From the IMG/VR virus record IMGVR_UViG_3300037420_000518, positions 1 through 61,265 of that record: a DNA stretch of 61,265 nt; one strand, 5' to 3'. Source of the DNA: a virus. Of the stretch, positions 16,125-24,039 are shown piece by piece (the first letter of the stretch is position 1; the number at the start of each line of letters is the position of its first letter). The position numbers and the translations under genes are program-made. The notes below the pieces were generated by a model. The model did no database searches, had not been told where the DNA came from, and was given only the letters and a program-made list of their open reading frames with translations.

Positions 16125-16258
16125 TGCGACCTGTGGCGAAATTGGTAGACGCACCTCTCGATAGAGGATTCACGAAACGGAGTAGAACGAGTAAGCCGTT
16201 AGGGCTGAGGGACGAAACGAAGTAGCGAATGATGGTTCAAGCCCATCCAGGTATCGCA
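16125..16258 (+). ncRNA. Oversize tRNA-like RNA (134 nt). It has type-II (Leu-like) 5' half and a consensus T-arm, but a 78-nt core without an anticodon loop
   Basis: GCGACCTGT-GGCGAAATTGGTAGACGC at 16126-16152. T-arm GATGG-TTCAAGC-CCATC at 16231-16247. Terminal helix 16125-16133/16248-16258 has a 2-nt bulge. The core has a CCTCT-CGAT-AGAGG mini-hairpin. Confidence 0.6.
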
Positions 16259-16273
16259 CAGCGGAGAACAACA

Positions 16274-16498
16274 ATGAGCACTACAAAACAAATCACGTAC
16301 GACGGAATTCCGTCTGACCAAATCACTCAGGAGCAACTTGAGGAGTATGCGCGCAAACACAAGGACGACTACATCAAAGGATTCGATAGTGTCAGCGAAG
16401 CAGTTCGGCTTTACGATTGCCTAATCAACTTAGTGGAAGAAGGCGATGTAACAGGCGCGAATCTTCACGAATACGGAATGAGCGATCAGGACCTATGA
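16274..16498 (+). CDS. Hypothetical protein (74 aa)
   Basis: The internal ATG at 16274 was chosen because the longer ORF (16229) overlaps the T-arm of the tRNA-like element. Confidence 0.55.
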   Translation: MSTTKQITYDGIPSDQITQEQLEEYARKHKDDYIKGFDSVSEAVRLYDCLINLVEEGDVTGANLHEYGMSDQDL

Positions 16499-17151
16499 GC
16501 ACACCGTCACAAGCTGCATTCCAGGCAGCAATTAACGAAATCAACCGTACCGTAGCCGAAGAACCACACCGGCCTTTCGGGTATTATGTTCAAGAACTCC
16601 TCGACACCCAGCGCGAGCAGGACGCTAAGCGGATCGAAGAACTGGAGGACACAATCGAACAATGGAAGGAAGCATCGGGACTTCTGTGCGGAGGTGATCC
16701 AGACGGTGTTAAACCGTACATGCTTCAGGCCGATTTACAGAAGCGAGATGAAGAGGTCACGGAGTTGACAAAGCGGGTAGAGGAGTTGGAAGCCAGTGAG
16801 AAACGGATTATCGAAGACTGGCACACAAATAGAGCGGCTCTGGAAGAGTCTCTTCACCACTTCAAGCAGGAGTTCTATAAGGCAGAAGCCTCCGTTGCGG
16901 AGATGTTCAGTATATTGCGCCGGGTTAAAGTTTGGGATTTCGCTTGGAGTTCAGACTTAAAAGACGAGGTCTCCAAGATACTTGGCAACTCAACCACCCT
17001 CGGCCAAGGATGGAAGTCGCCGGAGCGGTTGATTGACGAATCCATTATCGGGATTCACGAGTTAGGCAACAGCGTTCCCGCGCCAACGTCCAACCCGGAG
17101 GCGCGGGAACGTCACTTCGAAAGATACGTAGATCCAACACAAATAGACTAG
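16495..17151 (+). CDS. Hypothetical coiled-coil protein (218 aa)
   Basis: ATGA overlap at 16495. E/K/L-rich central region. Confidence 0.6.
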   Translation: MSTPSQAAFQAAINEINRTVAEEPHRPFGYYVQELLDTQREQDAKRIEELEDTIEQWKEASGLLCGGDPDGVKPYMLQADLQKRDEEVTELTKRVEELEASEKRIIEDWHTNRAALEESLHHFKQEFYKAEASVAEMFSILRRVKVWDFAWSSDLKDEVSKILGNSTTLGQGWKSPERLIDESIIGIHELGNSVPAPTSNPEARERHFERYVDPTQID

Positions 17152-17153
17152 CG

Positions 17154-17876
17154 ATGACCCCACTAACACCAGACAATCTTCCGCTTCCTTACGACTTACA
17201 AACCGACTCGAATATTCGAGAAATCGCCCGCCTACAGCAGCGCGAAGCCGAGGCCAAGTTTATCATCCGTGAAGTGCTCTCGATGCTGCCAACCAAGCGC
17301 GACTGGCTGAACCCTGACACCGAAAAGCTGATGAAGGAATTCATCGCAGGCGCTACCGTCTCCACGCAAGACCATCCCGTGCAACCTCACGAAATGGTGC
17401 GTACAATCGACGAAGAACAGCTAAAACGGCTGTGGGAGAACGGCAGAAAAGCTTGGGCTGGCGTTAAAACAGAGGATGTCAGCGATGTCTCCACGCACCC
17501 AGCCCTAGAAACGCTTTGGAAATGCGGACTGCTACCGTCACATTACGATACGTTGGAAAAGGCCGCAGAGGGCGTTTCTCGTCTTTTAGCAACACTGCGC
17601 CATGAGCTAAGCGATCCGTCTCCAGACCTTCAGGAAGCGGTGTTGAAGAAGCTGGGCATCGACAAGGCGTTTCGAGACTGGGATGGAAAGAGCGAGATTG
17701 TCTCCACGCACCCAGACACGGAGGAGTGGATGAAGCAACTACGTGAGTGTGCGTTGTCGAGCTTCGGAATGCTCCCAGCGAGCGCAGAACACCTTCGGTT
17801 TGAAGATTACAGGTGCTTTTACGAACAGGGCATGTGTCCAGAAGACGCATTTAGAGAGGATCTACACAACGCATGA
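17154..17876 (+). CDS. Hypothetical protein (240 aa)
   Basis: Co-oriented ORF starting 2 nt after the previous stop. Confidence 0.65.
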   Translation: MTPLTPDNLPLPYDLQTDSNIREIARLQQREAEAKFIIREVLSMLPTKRDWLNPDTEKLMKEFIAGATVSTQDHPVQPHEMVRTIDEEQLKRLWENGRKAWAGVKTEDVSDVSTHPALETLWKCGLLPSHYDTLEKAAEGVSRLLATLRHELSDPSPDLQEAVLKKLGIDKAFRDWDGKSEIVSTHPDTEEWMKQLRECALSSFGMLPASAEHLRFEDYRCFYEQGMCPEDAFREDLHNA

Positions 17877-18004
17877 ATATCATGTTAGCAATATTCGGAA
17901 TCATCATAAGCAACGCCCTAATATGCTGTGCAGTGGCGCTGTGGAATATCCAGTCGGATGTTTTGAAGATCCGATCAGCCATAGACAACGCTAGGAGGAA
18001 ATAG
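17873..18004 (+). CDS. Small membrane protein (43 aa), not in the ORF track
   Basis: ATGA overlap at 17873. 'MNIMLAIFGIIISNALICCAVALW' forms a single TM helix. Confidence 0.45.
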   Translation: MNIMLAIFGIIISNALICCAVALWNIQSDVLKIRSAIDNARRK

Positions 18005-18225
18005 TGAGCGCAATCAAGATAACCCAAGGGCCATCTTTCTACAAAGGCATCGAACTGCTTCCGACTGGAACCAAGATAGCGATGCTTAATAAGGTGTGGA
18101 TGTTAACGCAAGAGAAGCGCCGGTATCGGCTAGAATACCATGGTGAAACCGTATCAGGCAGAACCTACATTAGTTTCACTAAAACCGACATTCTAAAGAG
18201 ACACATAGCCAAGGAGACCCCATGA
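18004..18225 (+). CDS. Hypothetical protein (73 aa)
   Basis: GTG start preceded by AGGAGGAAA. Confidence 0.55.
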   Translation: MSAIKITQGPSFYKGIELLPTGTKIAMLNKVWMLTQEKRRYRLEYHGETVSGRTYISFTKTDILKRHIAKETP

Positions 18226-18557
18226 GCCACGTAGAGACGCTGGAGCATTTAAAGCGATGCTTTGAACTTGATATAGACACTCTCCGAAAGGGAAGTAAGT
18301 CGCCGTACTTAATCCAAGCCTACGAGAATCAAGTTGCGGCCCTCACCGCCGCAATAGAGGCCCTGAAGCTAATTGAGGGGGCGAAGAGGCAATATTTCGT
18401 ATTAGGTGCAGGTCCGAGAGAAAGACGGTGGGATCTGGGACCGTATACCAAACCTTACGCAGAGTCTGAGCTTCGGTTCTACAAGCGCGAGTTTCCTGAC
18501 TGCCAGTTCAAGCTCATAACGAGACTTACGATCGACATAGAGGAGCCGACGACATGA
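18222..18557 (+). CDS. Hypothetical protein (111 aa)
   Basis: ATGA overlap at 18222. Confidence 0.6.
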   Translation: MSHVETLEHLKRCFELDIDTLRKGSKSPYLIQAYENQVAALTAAIEALKLIEGAKRQYFVLGAGPRERRWDLGPYTKPYAESELRFYKREFPDCQFKLITRLTIDIEEPTT

Positions 18558-18569
18558 GGTAACACTTTC

Positions 18570-18658
18570 AAGCGAGCGGATGACCCAGGCGCGAGAACCT
18601 CACCTGCTAAGGGGATAATCACCGCCTGCCCTGTACCTCGTAAACAGGGCGCTCGCTT
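18570..18658 (+). ncRNA. Structured 89-nt three-helix element (leader or small RNA) ending 5 nt before the next ATG
   Basis: 9-bp closing helix 18570-18578/18650-18658. 6-bp helix 18586-18591/18623-18628. 5-bp hairpin 18629-18633/18645-18649 abuts the closing helix. Confidence 0.4.
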
Positions 18659-18663
18659 AATTT

Positions 18664-18954
18664 ATGGAAAAAGAACAAATGCAACCGTGCCCGTACTGTG
18701 GCGCGGCTTTTCGGTATCACCGAAGGGGGTTGGAGTACGACTATTGGGAATGTAAAACCGCCAGGACTCCTGAGGGACACTTCTTTCAGGGGACGGTATG
18801 CATGAAAAAGCAACTGGAGCAACTGAAGAAGGAGAATGCCGAGCTTAAGAAGGCCAACGATGAAAGGATAATGTGGAACGTGGCACAAAACCCGAAGTTC
18901 TGGAAGCTCCTGAAAAAGAAGCGAAAAGAGATAAAGAAGAACAACCGAAAATGA
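18664..18954 (+). CDS. Zinc-ribbon plus basic coiled-coil protein (96 aa)
   Basis: 'CPYCGAAF...WECK...' followed by a Lys-rich helix. It is the last gene of the rightward arm. Confidence 0.6.
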   Translation: MEKEQMQPCPYCGAAFRYHRRGLEYDYWECKTARTPEGHFFQGTVCMKKQLEQLKKENAELKKANDERIMWNVAQNPKFWKLLKKKRKEIKKNNRK

Positions 18955-18957
18955 AAA

Positions 18958-18983
18958 CAGGCCGGGCGATTAAACCCGGCCTG
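18958..18983. terminator. Hairpin between the convergent arms (CAGGCCGGG-8 nt-CCCGGCCTG)
   Basis: Perfect 9-bp GC-rich stem 4 nt after the + strand stop. The T-run is on the minus-strand side only. Confidence 0.6.
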
Positions 18984-19032
18984 TCCCTGATCTCATCTCC
19001 CAATATAACAAAGCAACCGTCTCTCTAAAGCG

Positions 19033-19452
19033 TCAGCGTGTCAAGGATTGCCTTGAAATCCTTTCGTAGTGCTCTCGCTTAATGCGCATCTCCTCTGAGG
19101 AAACAGCCGAAATTACAGCGTCAAGCCAATCAGAGAGAGCGCCTTCTACGGTGGTGGCCAGTTGGATTTGTGGAGTCTCTGGCTCCTGTGATTCAACGAA
19201 ATCGGGTTCGGGTTGTGGTTGAACAGGTTGAATAACCATGGCTTGCCGCACTTTACGCTTGAGAGCCATTCGCTTCTCATGCTCGTAAACATGGCATGCC
19301 TCGCACGTCTTGAGTTTCTTTCCATCTTTGGACGCACTCGCTGGGAATTCACCGCACCTTGTGCAGATATTATTACGGACGCGCTCCCGATAAATCCGCT
19401 GCCTTCGCTCTTCTCTCGTTTCGCGTTCTTCTGACACTGTTTTATGGAGCAT
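19033..19452 (-). CDS. Zinc-ribbon protein (139 aa)
   Basis: 'CTRCGEF...KTCEACHVYE' has two CxxC pairs. The internal ATG at 19452 abuts the upstream gene stop (19454). Confidence 0.55.
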   Translation of the reverse strand: MLHKTVSEERETREERRQRIYRERVRNNICTRCGEFPASASKDGKKLKTCEACHVYEHEKRMALKRKVRQAMVIQPVQPQPEPDFVESQEPETPQIQLATTVEGALSDWLDAVISAVSSEEMRIKREHYERISRQSLTR

Positions 19453-19453
19453 A

Positions 19454-19840
19454 CTATCGTGGGTTAAAGGCGTACCGTAGCACACACGGCGGGATGTCGA
19501 TAGCAGCCTTGAGTTCTGCAACCCAGCCACAGAGACCAGGCTGTCGGTTAAACAGGCGAACATACCGCGACTCCAGGAACATCACAGCAGCGTAGTGCAG
19601 CCATCGGGCCGTATCTGACAGCGCAGGATTAACGTGGTCCTTCTTTAGTCGTTCCTGGTGAATTCGACTCGCCATAGAAGTTACGGTTGTAGCTACGATG
19701 TGAACCCCGTCGCAGTCAAGAAACGTGATTTCATTGCCAAGCTGTACGCCTACGTTTCGGATCTCTGCGTCTGTCGCCAGATTAACCGGGATCTTCGCAA
19801 TCATACCGTTGGGCGTGGATAGGAGTTGAACTGAGGTCAT
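19454..19840 (-). CDS. Hypothetical protein (128 aa)
   Basis: Co-oriented in the leftward arm with a 4-nt overlap upstream. Confidence 0.6.
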   Translation of the reverse strand: MTSVQLLSTPNGMIAKIPVNLATDAEIRNVGVQLGNEITFLDCDGVHIVATTVTSMASRIHQERLKKDHVNPALSDTARWLHYAAVMFLESRYVRLFNRQPGLCGWVAELKAAIDIPPCVLRYAFNPR

Positions 19841-20073
19841 GGATCCTTCGGTATCGATTCTACGTACTCCTTAGCCCTTAGGAAGCACTCCTCCACAGAA
19901 GTGCCCACAAATCCTTCGCATTTATCTGGAGGGGTGTGTACCGAGATTCGGTGTGTCTCACGATACCCCGGAGGCATAAAGGAGTAAACCTGATACCAGT
20001 AGTCCGTACCACATGAGTACGTAAGGATTGGGTTGAGTTCCACGAGCTTCTGTAGAGCTTCTTGTGCTGTCAT
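19837..20073 (-). CDS. Hypothetical protein (78 aa)
   Basis: Co-oriented and tightly packed. Confidence 0.55.
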   Translation of the reverse strand: MTAQEALQKLVELNPILTYSCGTDYWYQVYSFMPPGYRETHRISVHTPPDKCEGFVGTSVEECFLRAKEYVESIPKDP

Positions 20074-20074
20074 A

Positions 20075-20284
20075 TTAGGATTTGATCAGTTCCGAGTCCT
20101 TAAACTCAGAGATAGCGTTGCGCAACCCGTGCTGTACGAGCCAGACTCGTGTTGACACCGTGGATTCTGAGGACTCACCGACAACAAGGCCAGTACGTCC
20201 GAAAAACGGATCAACAACGATTGTAACTTGCACAGCAACTGCGATTGCATGGATTGTTTTCTGGGGGGTATTGTATGTTTTCAA
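20075..20284 (-). CDS. Hypothetical protein (69 aa), TTG start
   Basis: TTG is the only in-frame start and no SD is present. The packing fits. Confidence 0.4.
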   Translation of the reverse strand: MKTYNTPQKTIHAIAVAVQVTIVVDPFFGRTGLVVGESSESTVSTRVWLVQHGLRNAISEFKDSELIKS

Positions 20285-20321
20285 TTTGAGGGATGGTTAG
20301 AGTGTTCCCTCCATTCTGCTG

Positions 20322-20717
20322 TTATCTCGTGGCAGACCGTTCGCGCCGGGTGTCTTTGGCGAAGGTTCCGTTTACCTTTGCTTGAACTTGATCCATTGTA
20401 GTTCCTTCGGGATAAACGCCTTCGCACTTCTGCGTGAAGTGGGTGTGAGAAAAGGTGTGCCAGTCGATCTTTGTTCGGTCCAATTCTCGCAGCTTATGCT
20501 CAAAAATCCGGCCAGTTTTCCTATCGACCTTCATCACGTACCCGTTCATGTATTCGGTTTTAGGTTCCTGCCAACCGCATACAGGACACAGTAAATAGCG
20601 CGACGTGCAATCTCCGCATGGTGGACTGATGTGACAAGAGCATTTCTCTGATGGACTTAGGCTGAGAACGCCTTCACAGCCGGGTTTGGAGCATTTATCG
20701 CCTTCTTCGTAATTCAT
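20322..20717 (-). CDS. Cys-rich zinc-binding protein (131 aa)
   Basis: 'CSKPGCEG...CSCHISPPCGDCTSRYLLCPVCGW'. The internal ATG at 20717 was chosen because the upstream 69 codons are Arg/Ser-rich. Confidence 0.5.
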   Translation of the reverse strand: MNYEEGDKCSKPGCEGVLSLSPSEKCSCHISPPCGDCTSRYLLCPVCGWQEPKTEYMNGYVMKVDRKTGRIFEHKLRELDRTKIDWHTFSHTHFTQKCEGVYPEGTTMDQVQAKVNGTFAKDTRRERSATR

Positions 20718-20839
20718 AAAATTTGCCCTGATTGTTGTCGCACAACCAGGAAAGCGGTGCGTCGTTATGAATTCGCACCCCACAGGCTTGAGCAACCGAT
20801 CTATGCTGCACCGGGAGACCGATGCAGGGTTAGAGGGGG

Positions 20840-21229
20840 TTAACTCCAGTTTAGAACCGTGTCGTCGTCGTTTAAGGGTTGAATGGTCCGATAGGAGTTG
20901 GTGTTCACGACGATGCGGTCCCATTCATTGCATTCCATGTTGCCGATTAGGATTTGTTCCTTTGGCATCTCGGATTTTACTTCATCCAAGGTCATAACAC
21001 GCCCGCCGAGGTAATATCGCCCACTACGATTTACAACCTTGCTGTCTAGCTCGTCGTCCTTTCTGGCGCGAGTAGAGAACTCGAACGCAAACGGTTTAGC
21101 GCCATGCCGCTCCTTGATGTCTCGCGCCATCTCCGAGGCTTTTTCTGCATCCCATGATTCAATAGGCTTGGTTGTCTCCTCGAACACAAAAGTTCCAGGG
21201 CTTAAGAATGTTACAAAGTGTGCTTCCAT
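20840..21229 (-). CDS. Hypothetical protein (129 aa)
   Basis: Globular composition and co-oriented. Confidence 0.6.
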   Translation of the reverse strand: MEAHFVTFLSPGTFVFEETTKPIESWDAEKASEMARDIKERHGAKPFAFEFSTRARKDDELDSKVVNRSGRYYLGGRVMTLDEVKSEMPKEQILIGNMECNEWDRIVVNTNSYRTIQPLNDDDTVLNWS

Positions 21230-21270
21230 ATTGGGTTGTGTTTGTTATGAAAGTTTCTGCTGTCGGTGGG

Positions 21271-21522
21271 TTAATGCACTATTGTTTCCACGCGCCCCAC
21301 GATCACCCAATCACGCTCCGACTGGGCTGTCTGAGCAAGTTCGAGTTGTCGAATGGATTCGGTGAGATTGTCGCACTCGCGCCCAAACGAATCGGTACTC
21401 ATTCCACCTTCTGAGTTTTCGTGATACTCAACAGTAAACTTGATGGTGTACTTGGTTTTAACTTCGATAATCATAAACGGGAGATTTTCTGCTGTCGGTT
21501 TATCAGTGCTGCGGAGACTCAA
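21271..21522 (-). CDS. Hypothetical protein (83 aa, or 67 aa from ATG 21474)
   Basis: The track start is TTG. An ATG alternative lies at 21474. Confidence 0.45.
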   Translation of the reverse strand: MSLRSTDKPTAENLPFMIIEVKTKYTIKFTVEYHENSEGGMSTDSFGRECDNLTESIRQLELAQTAQSERDWVIVGRVETIVH

Positions 21523-21724
21523 AACGCTTCCAGTTCAGAAGTGTAACAAGGTGGTCAGAGATGCCGAGAGAGACCGCAATTTCGTGCTCGATGGCGCGAA
21601 CGTCTTCAATATTGCGAATGGTTTCCTCACGATCTACGGGTCGTCCTGTTATCTGGAACCTCCCGCAATGGTAGACTTGCGCTGTAACGTAGTAGGAGAG
21701 CATAAGGGGGTTTAAGCGAACCAC
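21503..21724 (-). CDS. Hypothetical protein (73 aa, or 66 aa from ATG 21703)
   Basis: The track start is GTG. An ATG alternative at 21703 avoids overlap. Confidence 0.45.
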   Translation of the reverse strand: MVRLNPLMLSYYVTAQVYHCGRFQITGRPVDREETIRNIEDVRAIEHEIAVSLGISDHLVTLLNWKRFESPQH

Positions 21725-21876
21725 TTGCTTACTTTATTGTATTCCTCGACCACGTCGGAATATCCGAGGGATTTCAGAAGCTCACAGAGTACGTCATCAG
21801 CGTCTGCGTGTGCTGTTTCAGTGTCTCCGTTTAATTGCGCTTCTTTCAGTTGTTTGATTGCTTCTTGGCGATCCAT
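21712..21876 (-). CDS. Small acidic helical protein (54 aa), not in the ORF track
   Basis: ATG at 21876. 'MDRQEAIKQLKEAQLNGDTETAHADADDVLCELLKSLGYSDVVEEYNKVSKWFA'. The 105-aa plus-strand ORF over it looks like shadow. Confidence 0.55.
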   Translation of the reverse strand: MDRQEAIKQLKEAQLNGDTETAHADADDVLCELLKSLGYSDVVEEYNKVSKWFA

Positions 21877-21935
21877 AAAAGGTTTTGAGAGTCACCGGGG
21901 CCACAAGCACCCCGGCGTTTCCTCTCACAGAAAGG

Positions 21936-22184
21936 TTAATCTGCGTTCTCCTGCTCTGCAGCGGCGTAGCAATCGGGACAGAGGCCGCATTCTAAGTCCC
22001 TCGCTGGAGTGCGTTCCGTGCATTGGTTGCAGGCAAAGGTGATATCGCGCATCCAGGCGTCCTTACCTGCTGCTAAGCTGCATATTTCGGCGGGGATTTG
22101 CATTCCGCGTACAACTGCGTACCGAATCCCTGTGCGATTATTGCGAAAGGTTTCAACCGTGTGGTTTCTGATAGTCTGTTTCAT
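21936..22184 (-). CDS. Zinc-ribbon protein (82 aa)
   Basis: 'CNQC...ECGLCPDCY'. It is preceded by the leader motif GTGAGAGAG (plus-strand reading). Confidence 0.55.
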   Translation of the reverse strand: MKQTIRNHTVETFRNNRTGIRYAVVRGMQIPAEICSLAAGKDAWMRDITFACNQCTERTPARDLECGLCPDCYAAAEQENAD

Positions 22185-22277
22185 ATTCTGCGAGAGTGAG
22201 AGAGGTTTATCTAAGGCGTGATTGCCTTCGATGGTTTGAGATTAACTGTTTTTCGTTAAAAGGCAATAAGATATTAG

Positions 22278-22436
22278 CTAAAATCCAATACCAGCTTGCC
22301 GAATGTTGCGGGGCTTAGACGTGCGGAATCCAAGAGGCGAGCGCCGAACGATCGTATCACGCACAATCCCAAGAGCGTCAGGACGCGAGACCGAGAGTTG
22401 CCAGATGCCGAGGATGAATCGGAGAAGAGGGTTCAT
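22278..22436 (-). CDS. Possible small protein (52 aa), not in the ORF track
   Basis: ATG at 22436. 'MNPLLRFILGIWQLSV...'. Weak support only. Confidence 0.3.
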   Translation of the reverse strand: MNPLLRFILGIWQLSVSRPDALGIVRDTIVRRSPLGFRTSKPRNIRQAGIGF

Positions 22437-22440
22437 TGGG

Positions 22441-22617
22441 CTAGGCTTCTAAGTAAGCGTTGATGCACTTCCTGAGATGCGGGACATTCAAATCGAGGTT
22501 GCGCGAAAGCTTCTTTAAGCCCTCTTCGGAAGGCTTAAACGCGTAACCATTAAGACGGACGTATTGAAACCAATAATCACGCCCCATATTAGCGTGATTG
22601 CGTTGTTCTAGTGTCAT
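22441..22617 (-). CDS. Small protein (58 aa), not in the ORF track
   Basis: ATG at 22617 preceded by the leader motif. 'MTLEQRNHANMGRDYWFQYVRLNGYAFKPSEEGLKKLSRNLDLNVPHLRKCINAYLEA'. Confidence 0.5.
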   Translation of the reverse strand: MTLEQRNHANMGRDYWFQYVRLNGYAFKPSEEGLKKLSRNLDLNVPHLRKCINAYLEA

Positions 22618-22651
22618 ACTGTGAGAGAGTTTAGAAGTCGCGGGGCCAGCA

Positions 22652-22930
22652 TCATGCCAACCCCGCTCTCTTCTGACGGAGATATTTCAGTGTTTGTTTC
22701 GCTACCGCCGCAACCTTATTGCCTGTTTTGCTTCTTTCCTGGTTGCAGCGGTTGCATGAGATGTAGAGGTTGTCTATTCCGCTCTTTGCAGTGATCCACT
22801 TAGGGATCTTGTGTTCCGTCGTAGATGTCCTGAGAGTCAGATTCACACCGCAATAGCAGCACGGCCCCGTCTTCTCTATGCCGAACCGATACATCCATGC
22901 TCTGCGGCGGATATTCTGGCTTTTGCTCAT
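22652..22930 (-). CDS. HNH endonuclease (92 aa)
   Basis: 'CCYCGVNL...TEHKIPKW...NLYISCNRCNQERS'. The internal ATG at 22930 clears the upstream stop (22947). Confidence 0.7.
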   Translation of the reverse strand: MSKSQNIRRRAWMYRFGIEKTGPCCYCGVNLTLRTSTTEHKIPKWITAKSGIDNLYISCNRCNQERSKTGNKVAAVAKQTLKYLRQKRAGLA

Positions 22931-22946
22931 TATCTTCTGACGGAGA

Positions 22947-23465
22947 TTAGGCTTCCAGGCGAACGATGTCCGCGCCGTTGTCGATGAGTTCCGCACATTT
23001 AGCAATCATCTCTTCGGAGCCGACGGCTATAGGACGAAAGAGGTAGGACACTTCGTCACAAAAGCGGTCGTAGTTGCTAACGGAAATTTCTCCATTATCA
23101 GCGACCCATTGCTTCATCTCGCCGGTCAGAACTGGATACCGTACCTGCCCGTCGTCGATGACCGTGATTAACTCAGCAGGTACAAGCTTGTCGGGTTTTC
23201 CGGCCTTTGCGTCTGCCTCAATCTCGTTGTTCCAAGCGTCATTTTTCGAGCCCGAAACAACCATTGGAGCCACGCACGAGAGCATGTTGATTTCGTTGCC
23301 GTCCGCGTTGTATTCGCGCACCGTAACGCGCTGAGTGTCGCCCGGTTCCCAAGCTCCCTTTCGGGATTGCTCAATAGCCAGATCAAGCGCGGCGTGAATC
23401 CCTTGATCCGTCTCAACCGCGAAGTCGCCGCTGTCGTTCGTCGCTGTGTATTTTGTGAGAGTCAT
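22947..23465 (-). CDS. Hypothetical acidic protein (172 aa)
   Basis: The internal ATG at 23465 is preceded by the leader motif. The longer ORF would overlap the upstream gene. Confidence 0.6.
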   Translation of the reverse strand: MTLTKYTATNDSGDFAVETDQGIHAALDLAIEQSRKGAWEPGDTQRVTVREYNADGNEINMLSCVAPMVVSGSKNDAWNNEIEADAKAGKPDKLVPAELITVIDDGQVRYPVLTGEMKQWVADNGEISVSNYDRFCDEVSYLFRPIAVGSEEMIAKCAELIDNGADIVRLEA

Positions 23466-23485
23466 TTTGTCAGAAGAGTTGAGGG

Positions 23486-23710
23486 TTAATCGTTGAATTC
23501 GTCCAATGCCGCACCAGCCGCGTCTTTTATAAACCGGTAGTGCCCAACAGTTTCCCACCCGTCCCAGAATGAACCGTCACGCATTGTTTGCGGGGAGGAG
23601 GTTTGAACTTTAACCACATAGTTTGCGCCCGCAAAACGGCGGCGGTTACGATACCGCTTAACCATTACGTGCGGCCCTACTTGAGCGTTTATTTTTTCAA
23701 GAGTTTTCAT
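23486..23710 (-). CDS. Hypothetical basic protein (74 aa)
   Basis: ATG at 23710, with GTGAGAAGAG 1 nt upstream (plus-strand reading). Confidence 0.55.
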   Translation of the reverse strand: MKTLEKINAQVGPHVMVKRYRNRRRFAGANYVVKVQTSSPQTMRDGSFWDGWETVGHYRFIKDAAGAALDEFND

Positions 23711-23721
23711 CGTGAGAAGAG

Positions 23722-24039
23722 TTATTCCACGATCCTGTTTATTTCCGTGAGTTCGTCGTTTTCCTCGTCATACACCTGCGTGACCTCGACCTTCACGCGG
23801 CGACCATCAAATGCCTGTAAAGCGTCGTCATTCCAACATGAAACCCACGATTCAGTTTTGCTATTACCCTCCAGTTTGGAGTCTTTCGGAAGAATGGAGA
23901 GAAGCGAATCCAGACTATTCAATGACACGCCGTCGTGCTCGGAAAAGTAAACCTCGCCTTCCGTCACCATCGGAACCAGCGAGAGATTATTCGGTTGGTG
24001 AGAGAAGAGGATTGTTACAGAACCAGTTACAGTTTTCAT
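23722..24039 (-). CDS. Hypothetical protein (105 aa)
   Basis: ATG at 24039, with GTGAGAAGAG 2 nt upstream (plus-strand reading). Confidence 0.6.
   Translation of the reverse strand: MKTVTGSVTILFSHQPNNLSLVPMVTEGEVYFSEHDGVSLNSLDSLLSILPKDSKLEGNSKTESWVSCWNDDALQAFDGRRVKVEVTQVYDEENDELTEINRIVE

Noticed and set aside
16205-16218. Hammerhead-ribozyme-like string CTGAGGGACGAAAC inside the second tRNA-like element
   Set aside because: The string reads CUGAGGG rather than CUGANGA. There is no room for stem II between the CUGA box and GAAA. The first ACGAAACG copy has no CUGA box at all.
21725-22042. 105-aa plus-strand ORF in the leftward arm
   Set aside because: It is Ser/Cys/Arg-rich and runs antisense to two convincing minus-strand genes (21712-21876 and 21936-22184).
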